Source of the DNA: Octopus sinensis
Taxonomy: Eukaryota
Direction of reading: 5' to 3'
Assembly: GCF_006345805.1 (NCBI RefSeq)
Contig: NC_042999.1
Span: 127,286,001 to 127,350,000, forward strand
Length of the DNA stretch: 64,000 bases
In this document: positions 24,951 through 36,671 of the stretch, in pieces
Layout of the letters: each line of letters starts with the position of its first letter
Position numbering within the stretch: the stretch's first letter is position 1
Made by a program: the position numbers and the translations under genes
The notes under the pieces: generated by a model
The model's input: only the letters and a program-made list of their open reading frames with translations
Told to the model about the DNA's origin: nothing
The model's database searches: none

Positions 24951-25541
24951 TCTGGGACTATAAAAATGTGTATGAACTTACTAAGATTTAAAGGATGATG
25001 GTTAAAACAAGGTACCTTCCTTCACAATCTGGCTACCAAGTAGATGGCTAGACAAAATTTACTCTAAATTAAAAACAGTTAGAGAAGAAAATGCATACAT
25101 ACATACATACATACATACATACATACATACATACATACATACATACACACATATATTCCTTGTGTTAAGTATATACAATGCCTGTTATTGAATACATACA
25201 TCTGTATAATTAGTGGAGCATTCTTATCAAAACTTTTACCAACTACAAGCATAACAGGTCTGATAAAGTTATTTGGGACCGGAAAGAAAAATCATGAACA
25301 GTCATAGCGGTAAGCTGCTTTGCAGATGTAATCATTTCTTTCAAAATTAGTGTGGAGAATATTTATGGATAATTCAAATAATTAAAAAGAAAAATGAAAA
25401 TACACAAACATATACATATATACATACTCATAAATTTGTAGTGCAATATATGGATTCATTCACTTGTTTAGCTTCAACTGAAAGCTCCTCTAGTGGAGGT
25501 AGATATATATATGCATATACACACACACACAAATGCATGTG

Positions 25542-25576
<35 letters not shown>

Positions 25577-25606
25577 GCCTATATACATACATACACACAC
25601 ACATGC

Positions 25607-25862
25607 GACACATAAAAGCACCAACCGATCATGGCCGTTTGCCAGCCTCCTCTGGCCCCTGTGCCGGTGGCACGTAAAAAGCACCCACTACACTCACCGA
25701 GTGGTTGGTGTTAGGAAGGGCATCCAGCTGTAGAAACACTGCCAGATCAGACTGGAGCCTGGTGCAGTCTCCTGACTTCCCAGACCCCGGTTGAACCGTC
25801 CAATCCATGCCAGCGTGGAAAACGGATGATAAACGATGATGATGATGATGAAGATGATGATA
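25607..25862 (+). mobile_element. RTE 3'-end fragment
   Basis: Shared 3' UTR and (GAT)n tail. Confidence 0.85.
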
Positions 25863-25963
25863 TATATATATATTGATGTACTGATTACATTTTTTAATTA
25901 AAAAGAGTTGCATGAAACAATCGTACTGCATTACCTATGGATATCCTTGTTGCTTATTTTGAT

Positions 25964-25999
<36 letters not shown>

Positions 26000-26163
26000 A
26001 CTCCAAGAAAGTTAGGGGTTGTGGGTCCAACCCACTAAAGGATAATATCTATCCTGTTGGTATAATACCCAATTATTAATACACAAGTGTTTTTCATTAC
26101 ATTGCAATTAACTTACCTAGTATATTAAATGGGTGAAGGTAAAGAGATATTTTACCATTAATT

Positions 26164-26292
26164 TATATTGCAAATAAGAAAATGGGAAAGCACAATAGTT
26201 GGTTTATCAACTTTAGGACATTAAAATGATTAATTATAATAACATACATACATTGATGAACCAACTATGTGCTTCTCCATTTTCTTATTTGC

Positions 26293-26297
<5 letters not shown>
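26164..26297. repeat. Inverted repeat in (TA)n context
   Basis: TATATTGCAAATAAGAAAATGG...TTGGTTTATCAA vs TTGATGAACCAAC...CCATTTTCTTATTTGCTATA. Confidence 0.75.
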
Positions 26298-26344
<47 letters not shown>

Positions 26345-26351
26345 TATATAT

Positions 26352-26397
<46 letters not shown>

Positions 26398-26712
26398 GAG
26401 TAACAGTAGAGGTACAGGTGTCAATCCATTATACCCATTTCTAACTATATATAGAGACTGTATATTTAATATAATGTACATGTTTGAATAGCTCAAGAGC
26501 GGAATTCTTTACTCAGCTGGGGCAAATCGTTTACATACACTGCATGAATATCATTTGGCTGATACTTCTGTTTGATATTTACATAATATTATTGTGTATG
26601 TATATTATTCCGACCCTAACAAGGTGCCTCAATTTAAGTTCCTTATTCAACTGAATCTTATATATATATATATATATATATATGTATTTATGTATGTATA
26701 TATATATATATG

Positions 26713-26771
<59 letters not shown>

Positions 26772-27298
26772 CAACGCGAGGACGTATATATATATATATA
26801 TATACGAGTGAGTGAACAAATGAAAGAAGGGCACTCAACAAATATATATGTATATACTTGCACATCTACCACTCCTTCCTACTCACCCCAGCCATGTGGT
26901 CGATTTCTGTTCATCGTGCGATATTTTCCATGTAATTGTTATTACTAAAATACCAACATCTGTCTGTGACATTGTGCGACCTTTCTTGACCAATCGCAGG
27001 CTAATATCCAGTAAAAAGCATTGACTGTCTTCAACAGACCTCTCAGTCAAACTCTTATGGCCAAAGATTAGTATTACGTTTGAGACTCAGAGTACCAAGG
27101 AGTTTGAATAAAACTGTTTTGACCCCTGAATGGGAAGGCAAAAAATGTTGTTTAGCATGCAGCTTTGCAACAAGTTCCAAGTCAACAAATCATATCATTG
27201 TTTTAATGAAAATTGTTCATTGCTTGAAAAATATTGGTCAAGTTTAATACAATTTAATATGTACTCAATGCATGAAGAGTCATTGTTGGGCCCAAGGC

Positions 27299-27815
27299 CT
27301 AATGAAGAGCCCTCCATAGTTGGCGGTATATTCTCCACATCGTACAAATGATGTACCGCTCACGGCGATGCTGGAGGGAGTAAAGTTTCAAGGCTTTAAG
27401 GTGATCCCAATAATCAAGAGCAGCCATGCCTTCAATTCGTTTAGTGAGTGCCCTCTGGGGTGACTCAATCCTGGAGATGTTTTGTCTTGTATGGGGAGAC
27501 CACAGTGGGCAGCAGTATTCAATGTGTGGCTGTACAAAGGAGGAGAAAAGTGGTATGATGACACCTTGTTCTCTGGACCGGAAAGTTCTTAAGATCCAGG
27601 AACTCATCCTACGAGCTATATTGACCTTCTTGTTGATGTGTGCACTCCAACTGAGATCGTCATCAACAATTACAGCCAGGTCTCTGATATTGTTAGAGGC
27701 TGTGAACGGTTCCCCTGAAGGAAGAGAGTATGGTTGTTTTAGTGAGGAATTTCTTCCAAAATGCATCAGCTCAAATTTTCCCTCATTCAGTTGCATTTTG
27801 TTTCTGTCTGCCCAT
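27299..27815 (-). mobile_element. CR1/L2-group LINE fragment (RT C-terminus)
   Basis: QWADRNKMQLNEGKF, IRDLAV, WILRTF, IEYCCPLWSP, LKLYSLQHRRERY; paralogous to 2212-3114. Confidence 0.9.
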
Positions 27816-27909
27816 TGACTATATATATGTATATGTATATATGTATATATGTATATATGTATAATGTTGCAAAAGACAATAAGCGACTTTATGTGTATGC
27901 TTGTCTGAA

Positions 27910-27980
<71 letters not shown>

Positions 27981-27984
27981 GTAA

Positions 27985-28180
27985 CCGCATGTGCATCATT
28001 GGCTATTTTCTTCCTCCATCTTCCCTTCCTTTCGACTGCCTCCATTTCTGAAGAAGAGTAAGGCTCGAAACTTTCAATCCTCTTTCCTTCCTTTCCTGAG
28101 CTTATGATAATACAGTACTTGTACCACTTCCTCACATTATTGTTTTTTCTTGTTTGTTCTTCTTTGTTTGGATTCACTAT
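27985..28180 (+). mobile_element. Penelope-like cassette with degenerate hammerhead (28044-28078)
   Basis: Diverged homolog of 1115-1325; CTGAAGA-A-GAGT(AAG)GCTC-GAAA-CTTT. Confidence 0.6.
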
Positions 28181-29106
28181 ATATGTATATTATATTGATG
28201 TTAAACATCAACCTAAGGTAGAATTTAATTTATTGCTTGTCAGACTCTTTCATGATGGAAACAAGGTGGGAGGAGGGACCAGTGACCACTACCACCACCA
28301 CCACCACCACCACCACTACTACTACAAACCCAGCCCTTATTGAGAAGGTCTATAATTTAAAAAATACTCCACTCATGACCAACCTCTTTTATTACTCTCA
28401 ACAATGTATATATAACTACAATTATTCAACATGTTCAGTTCTAAGATAGTAATTTTTTATTTAGACATTGGAAGATTTGGCTGCTATTTCTAGCTCATCA
28501 ACTGAGGCCACATACAGGCCTTCTTCTCCCTCATTAGGCTTGTAACTCATAGTAGTTAGATCCATGATGTGAAATATGTCAGCTACATTGTTCAGTTGTA
28601 TTACTCCAATAATACCTCATGTTTAAAAGTCATAAAGCCAATTATTGTTTGTATGACCCGGAAAAATGTAATTTCACTGCTACATACTATTACTTAATTA
28701 GCTTTTGAATTTTTCAAGTCATGTAATCATGAGGTGTAGTGGGGAGCTACCAGCCTTTGGCCATTCCACTAACATCAGTCATGGCAAAAACAAAAGACAA
28801 AAAAAAACTATTGCTAAACAGTTAACTTTCTCATGTCTGTTGCACTTTTAGTTGTGGCAGTGAATCAACAGAGTTATTGCAGCATTGAATACAATGCCTT
28901 GTGGTGTTTTTTTCTGATGCTATGCATTCTATGTTCAAATCATGCTAAAGTCAACTTTACTTTACAGTCTTTCAAGTGTTGACAATGTGGCAATGTTTGT
29001 TTCTCAGCCACATAGTTTCGAGTACATTCCCAGTGTGTGCCATCCAGATCAAGTTTTGTGAGTGAATTTAGTACATAGAAGCTGAAAGAAATCCATTGTG
29101 TGTATG

Positions 29107-29160
<54 letters not shown>

Positions 29161-29370
29161 TCATGAAGGAATGATTGCATCCAAGAAAATACTGGTTCAA
29201 TACCAAGTATTGTTGGGGAATGAAATTCCCTTAAAACAATAGGCTTATATTAAGCTGTAAGAAGCAAAGATGACCAATAATAATAAATAATTAACTTCCA
29301 CATCTCCATTTTCTTTTCTTTTTTTAACTATACACACACACATACACACATATATACATACATAAATACA

Positions 29371-29457
<87 letters not shown>

Positions 29458-29505
29458 CATATATACACACCCACATACAAAATAGTATATAGTATATAAA
29501 ATATA

Positions 29506-29598
<93 letters not shown>

Positions 29599-29599
<1 letters not shown>

Positions 29600-30698
29600 T
29601 AGCAGAGATATCCGGCCTTGCTCGGGATTAAAATGGCATAGTTTGTATATATTTATTTTACAGTTATGTTGAAATGATATGGGAAAGTGCAGCATTGATC
29701 ACAAAACATTTGTGGAGTAAATAATGAACTAATTCAACTAGACAACTTGTCATTCGTCCGTTTGGAGTATTCCAATCATGGAAAATTGGGCGGAGGGTAT
29801 GTGATTTTTTAATGTACCAAAAAGCTATCAGTGGATATACTCTCCTTTGTGGCAGTCGGCACTGCATCTAAAATGACCCATCATCTGAAGTTTTGACACC
29901 TCTTTCAGGGTTTGTTGTCCTACATCACTCATAAAGTAAATTTGGAGTAACTGTGGTTGTACATTTATGGACAACAGAGAACTGATGCGGTGATAAAGTA
30001 GCTGTTGAACTTTGAACATCAGTATAAATCCATGTTCAACTTATCTCCTTAGATGCACCAAATGATGTCATTTGAAATGCAGAGTTGTATTGTCTGATAT
30101 TGTTCAGAAAATCCTTTGAATGGATGGAAGTGCCTTCCAGAAGATCTATTAGAAGTTGAGGAGGAGCTGGTAATGCTGGCAATCTTATCATACCACCTGA
30201 GCAGCACATGCCATTAGTTTCATTTGGAAATTTTAAAGTTTGAGTTTAGTACACCAGTTCGGACAAAATTATCACTTTTACAAGAATGGGATAGATCATA
30301 TTTGAAAGTAGCTCCAGAAGTTGTGAAGAACGAACTTGTACATAGTCTGTTTCTGAGAGCTATTCTATTGGGCTGCTGTCTAATCATTAAAATGTTTTAA
30401 TGATTCAGCATTAAGCGCTGCAGCATGCATTTGCTGATTTTGGGTAAGTCTCATCTTGCTTCTGTATTGAGACTCCATCTAATGTGTTGCAATATGTCTT
30501 TGCTGGTCTTGGGAAAGTCTCATCTCCCTCATCAGGCTCTTCCTTGTTTCTGTCTTGAGACTCCATTTGATGTGCTGCAACTTGCATTTGCTGATCTTGG
30601 GAAAGTCTCATCTCCCTTCTCTCTTGATATTCCATCTGACGTACAGCAGTATGCCTTTGCTGATCTTGAGAAAGTCTCATCTCCTTCCTTTTACAAGG
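29599..30698 (-). mobile_element. Helitron remnant: N-terminal Rep region joined to the 3' terminus
   Basis: CCSGG...FLNNIRQYNSAFQMTSFGA, FKVQQLLYHRISSLL, QIYF; repeated MRLSQDQQ units; hairpin CCCGAGCAAGGCCGGA then CTAG at 29599-29602. Confidence 0.88.
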
Positions 30699-30868
30699 CT
30701 TAGAAAAACTGAAGGACTGCTGCAATAAGTGTGTGAATCTGAGAGGGAAATATATTGAATAAAATCATAACTGATCCTCCTGTATGTTCTATTATCCAAA
30801 GCCAGGAACTTTTCAGCAGCCCCTCATATATACATAAAATGTATATTGCATATATCATGTACATGTAC

Positions 30869-30941
<73 letters not shown>

Positions 30942-30997
30942 TATTGTTCCATGAAAGAAAATTCAACAAAAAAAGGTACTCCATCACGTGAGAAATA

Positions 30998-31175
30998 AAT
31001 ATTATTCATTTAAAGGACACATTAGAGCTACTAATAGTTTCATATGTTGAAAAATATCTCAAACACATTCTTCAGGCACAGACCACATATCATAAGAAAC
31101 TAAAAAATATTTCTCAACATATGAAACTATTAGTAGCACTCAAAGACATGTATTGTGTCCTTTAAATAAATAATG
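30998..31175. mobile_element. Inverted-repeat cassette with hammerhead (31028-31079, -)
   Basis: Minus strand GTGC-CTGAAGA-ATGTGTT...AACATAT-GAAA-CTATTAG-TA-GC; the opposite arm repeats GAAACTATTAGTAGCAC. Confidence 0.75.
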
Positions 31176-31178
31176 TGC

Positions 31179-31232
<54 letters not shown>

Positions 31233-31380
31233 ATCTAAAAATAGGATAAAATCTTTATCCGAATTTATCAAGTAGTCAGCGTGAAAAACCTTATAAGGGA
31301 AAAATTATAATTATTCCTTTTAAATATATTTATTTATATTAAGGGTATTACTACACATAAATGACGTTGATATAAATAAT

Positions 31381-31443
<63 letters not shown>

Positions 31444-31451
31444 GAATATAT

Positions 31452-31592
31452 TCAGTTGTGTCTGGGGAGAGTCATTTTCTTTTTGTGCCTTATAATGTAA
31501 CACACACACCGGTAAAATTTCCACTTATTTCTTATTTTTACTTTCCTAAAATTGTCGTTGCGTCTTGCAACCTTTTCAATAGTCTTGACTCT
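31452..31592 (-). mobile_element. (TA)n-embedded cassette with variant hammerhead-like motif (31546-31582)
   Basis: Homologous to 35586-35675; CTA-TTGAAAA-G-GTTGC(AAGAC)GCAAC-GAcA-ATTT-TAG. Confidence 0.5.
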
Positions 31593-31629
31593 CTATATAT
31601 TCATATATATATATATATCATATATATAT

Positions 31630-31701
<72 letters not shown>

Positions 31702-32639
31702 ATGTATCATATATGTATATATGTATACATATATGTGTGTAACAAGCTTCTACATCTTCACTCCACTAAATTCATTCACAATGTCCAAAGCTATAGTAAA
31801 AGACAAGACCAAAATGCCACATAGCATATCTGAACCTGGAATCATAAGGCTATGAAAAGAACTTCTCAACCACACAGCCATATCTTGTAGGATATAATTT
31901 GAGAGAAATTTGGCTGCTATGTGTAAAAGGCAGAAGAACTATATTTAGATTCCTTCATATCTCAACAATGGCATTGCATATATTCCAATATTTCAAATAT
32001 TTCAATGATAGCATCACAGCTAGCCAAAATAATAAAGATGTTAAATTTCACAACTAGAGATCTGAGTTGTCAGTAGATAGATGTTTTGCTGTTGGTCAGG
32101 GTTGCTTTTATCTATCTGTTTTATGTCTTGTTAAAAAAGATGTTCAGTGTTACATGCTGGAGGATGTAGAAAGAGACAGATATGTCACACATCTGGGTAG
32201 GATACATTTAAAGTGTACCACAAGGATATCCTATAAGAGTTGTCCATAGTTCTGACTAAACTCTCTTATCAGTAGATGATGTTTTACTCTCAAAGTTTTT
32301 TCATGACTGACAGAGTTTGTTAAAAATAGTTGAGTAAGAAGACAGATAATAAATAAATATATATATATATATATATAAAGGAGAAAACATATAACTTGAT
32401 TTTAGAATAAATCAATTTTATTATTCTTCGCATGATTGCATTACCAAAGATTGGATCTCGGATTCCTGACAATAACAGACTGTAAATTCCTTTCAGGCTC
32501 TTCCTTGTTATAAAAGTATATATGTATGTATGCATGCATACATGCATGTATGTATGTATGCATGTGTGTGTGTGCATGCATGCGTGTTTGCATTTGTATG
32601 TATATATGTGCATATGTACATATGCATGTATATATTTTT

Positions 32640-33400
32640 AGTTATTTAAAGTCTTCCTATAGGAGAGGATCTGATTTCTAACAACAATTCAAAGCTCTGT
32701 CATTGGAACATAGATAACAAAAACAATGTCACAGTTTGAGAAAAGTCTTACATATATTTATTGTTTTGCTTACAAATTGCATTTGTGATGTGCTTCTTAG
32801 CTGATGGATTTCTTTTTCTGAAAACTCCCGTATCAATTTGTATTGGCATAAATGTGAATTTATAATCTGAGTAGAGAAACTGAAGGTTTCAAAGCAGTTG
32901 TCCATAGTTATCCTCTTTCTGTTTTTCAAAGAGATATTCATATCAGCAGATGGCTGACCTCTATGTCAGTACATACTTTTTCTTATCAGTCCAGTACAAT
33001 TATGTCTGGCCTCTTTGCATTTGGTAGAAGTTTTTATAAAAATGTTTCACCAATATTCCTTGTGTTGACGTTTATGTATGTATTCAATAACAGGATGATT
33101 TTCTATATTTATTCCAGAACAATCTTTTTTGGGATGGCATTCTATATTGTTTTAGTGACAACATTACGTTGCATTAGGAAGTTGTATCTGGGGCAGCTAC
33201 CAACCACATGTGTGATGTCTTCCACAGAAATGTGCCATAACTGACATTTTTGGTTGCATCTTGGGGCATCAAAGTCTTCAATTTCACTTTTGTTTATTGG
33301 CATTTTGTGGTAATCTCCTATGCTTGGACTGCAAAACAAAGTGTGATGTGATATGATAAAGAAATTATGGGCTATTCTGATACTTGTAGCAGCAGCAGAT
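32640..33400 (-). mobile_element. Old R4/Dong-like LINE 3' fragment
   Basis: KCQLWHISVEDITHVVGSC (decayed CCHC finger) and RPDIIVLD-like endonuclease motif. Confidence 0.65.
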
Positions 33401-33532
33401 GCAAGCATGTAGTAACTGGAACTTTAGGAAAGAAATGGTAGGAAATTAAAATCCCAAACTAAAACAATTGCAGAAATACTCTCTTTTTGAAATATTCCTT
33501 TGTAAAATTCATAACATCAGAAATGACCCAGT

Positions 33533-33797
33533 TCTATATTTAAGAGATGAGGAATTATGTACATTATTTACATTATTTACATTTGATGGATATTTATCCT
33601 TACCTTGTTTGTTGTTAACACAACGTTTTGGCTGATATACCCTCTAGCCATCATCATGTGTCTTGGGGAAATTTCGAACCTGGGTTCTCATTCCTAAGGT
33701 ATTTTTCAATGTTATTATTATCATTATATCCATCAAATGTAAATAATGCAAATAATGTAAATAATGTACATAATTTCTCATCTTTTAATTATAGAAG
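33533..33797. mobile_element. Inverted-repeat cassette with degenerate hammerhead (33617-33662, -)
   Basis: Arms ~33533-33591 and ~33727-33797; minus strand GACAC-aTGATGA-T-GGCT...AGCC-aAAA-CGTT-GTGTT. Confidence 0.65.
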
Positions 33798-34789
33798 TGT
33801 ATTATCTAATCGGTACGGAGCCAACATTAGACTTCAATGGAGACATAAAGAGAAACTCCATCAAAAACTAGCTTGTCTTTCAAACCATCTAACTGTTGAG
33901 ACTCAAGGCTAATATCACCTGGCTTGAATATAATGACACCAGTCGATTCATATAAAGCTAAAAGAGTAGCGGAAAGGGAAGGACATAACCTCGTCTGTGA
34001 GATGATCCATTAAAACCGTTGGAAAAAACATCAACTAAATAACAAAATCAAAGAAATGTTATCTTCATTACTTAGGAAAATAACCAGAGTTGATGATAGA
34101 AAGAGACACCAACAAGATCTAGAAAAGTTGTACTTGAAAGAAGTTGAAATGGTGAAGACATGCCAGATTAAGAAATTTATAGAGCTCAAAGGTCAGAGAA
34201 TGGAGACTCTGAAAGCAGTAATTAACACCGGAAGTTGTTGTTGACAAACAACAGCAGTAATTTTATTCAGCTGAATACACAACATTGATTGGTTGGATTT
34301 ACTGAAATAAGACTACTTTAACACGAAATAACTTTGAAAATACAAACTTTTCTCAACAACACTAAGAGTAAAAGATGTTTTATATGATGCATTCTACCAA
34401 TGTCCGAAGTTTGAAAGTGTTTGGTTACAAAAAATTAATTTCTTGATCTGCCATTCAAAGGGTAAATATCCAACATAACTAGTCTGGGAACTTTTTGATA
34501 CCACCTCATATTGTAGTAACAGACTAATGAGGGACCACTCTAGTATATTCAACCCTGTGTAGCTTTATACTGATGTTGTATATTTTGCCATACAGAATGG
34601 CATTAAACTAATGTGGTTTGAAATAGAACTGTACAGAAACAGTTGTAACTATTAAATTTGTGCTACAGTTACTCTACAGAATTCTTACACACCATTTACA
34701 CCAATGGTGAGCACCTGGAATTCCTGCACTAATGGACTTATTTTAATCAGAATGCCAGTCTTAGAGTCTTAGAGAGTAGATGTCCAGCA

Positions 34790-34849
<60 letters not shown>

Positions 34850-34949
34850 TGATTAAAACAATTTGATTCAAATTTATTGGTACTCTTGAGTTTCAAGCGT
34901 GATGCTAATCATCAGCCATTCTGAATTTGAATGACAGAAGTTGATTGTT

Positions 34950-35300
34950 ATTACCATAAGATGGGCTGTGATTGGTCGAGAACAGTCATGCAGTGTCATG
35001 GTTTGATGTTGGAAAATACTGCATGGTGAACAGGAAACTGACCATGCAGAGGCTATCAATTAAGAAATCAATCAAGTTGTTGGGGAGGGAAGTTGGAAGA
35101 GGCAGCATGTGCAAGTTTGTGCCAAAACTATTTTCAGCTGATCAAAATGCTCCTTGGGTTTCATTTCCACAAGACCTCCTTCATTGTGTCAAGAATGATG
35201 AAAACTTTGTGTAAGCCTCTGAGCAGGTATCGCCAAGCTTTTGGCAAAACTAGATGAAGATTCTCTGTCCAACTTTGTCATGTTCAATGCAATGAACACA
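34950..35300 (+). mobile_element. Decayed mariner-like fragment
   Basis: CKFVPKLFSADQ resembles the mariner WVP..L linker motif. Confidence 0.4.
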
Positions 35301-35486
35301 TGCCAAACTCCTTCCTTCCAAGCACTACTGTAAATAGCAGAAGTGAGCTACAATATCAAAACTTAGTGTGCATGTACAGCAGAGTTTAAGGTCAATCTGT
35401 GCCTAGCAGCTTTACTCTCTGCTTTAGTTTCATTACTATAGCAACAGACCAGATACTTATTGATCAGACCACACACACACACACAC

Positions 35487-35584
<98 letters not shown>

Positions 35585-35585
35585 C

Positions 35586-35727
35586 TCTGTTGTATCTGGG
35601 AAGAGTCATTTTCTTTTTGTGCCTTATAATGTAACACTCGCCGGTAAAATTTCCACTTATTTCTTATTTTTATTTTATACATTATAAGGCACAAAAAGAA
35701 AATGACTCTCTCCTGACACAACAGCAT
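35586..35727. repeat. Inverted-repeat cassette (same family as 31452-31592)
   Basis: Arms ~35586-35633 and ~35676-35727 are reverse complements; adjacent to (TA)n. Confidence 0.8.
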
Positions 35728-36207
35728 ATGCTTCAACACCCGAACTCTTATAAAGAATATTGCAAACCAAATAAAAAAACGAAATATATATATATATAAA
35801 TCCCAAAAACGGAACAAGAACATAACAGACAACAATGAAAACATACGGACAGATGTATGATACAAAGACGGACAGGAAAACCAGGACAGAACATTTGTGG
35901 CTTTCTATTCATCAGTCAAGCTTCCAATCATCATTACAGTTTTGGCCTTTTTACACTTGAGACTGTTCAAAATTGGTAGGCCACAAAAATCTAAGCTAAG
36001 GGCATTAAATTTTTGGAAGAAAGTGAGTGAGTATGTGCAACAATACAGACAAAAAAATGAGAAAATGGAGAAAATGTTACACGATTACAAATACAAACAA
36101 CAAGAATAACAACAGGTGTCTTTCAACCAAAAGGACAAGTTAAGTTAAGCTGGCATGTGGAGTGGAAGCCTTGCGGCAATAAACATAGATTAATAGTCAA
36201 CTATATA

Positions 36208-36258
<51 letters not shown>

Positions 36259-36259
36259 T

Positions 36260-36578
36260 ATTGAGTGAGAGAGCAGTGCATGCCATCAAAGTGACACTGG
36301 CGTAAAATATACGAAGCCCAGTATACCCATCATGACTACCTGTCTGATAAGGGTACACTAGACACATGCATCACAACCCTGTGTGCACAACATGGTGATC
36401 TCATATCAAGATAAACAGCACATGACCTTGTAGGTGGGCCCCAGTTAGAATTTTCTTCAGGTTGAGTAACCCATCCTGCTCAAAAGGTCCCTGAATAAGG
36501 GTTGTTTAAGGATATTGAACAAAACACCCATGTTTCCAGATGTGAATTATTCAAACCCCAAAGAATTCCTCTCAAGGG
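36260..36578 (-). mobile_element. (TAA)n-associated non-LTR 3' end; related copy at 39014-39222
   Basis: Both copies start GAGTGAGAGA on + right after (TTA)n and share GTGAATTATTCAAACCCCAAAGAAT. Confidence 0.55.
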
Positions 36579-36671
36579 ATTATTATTATTATTATGTTTT
36601 TTCCTTCTTTCTTCAAATTTTCTTCCGTTTCTCACCGCGTGTTTTTATTATTATTATTATTATTATTATGT

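Noticed and set aside
26887-27085. Possible minus-strand exon ending at a GTGAGT donor
   Set aside because: Short open frame with no recognisable homology and no partner exons; cannot be supported without RNA data
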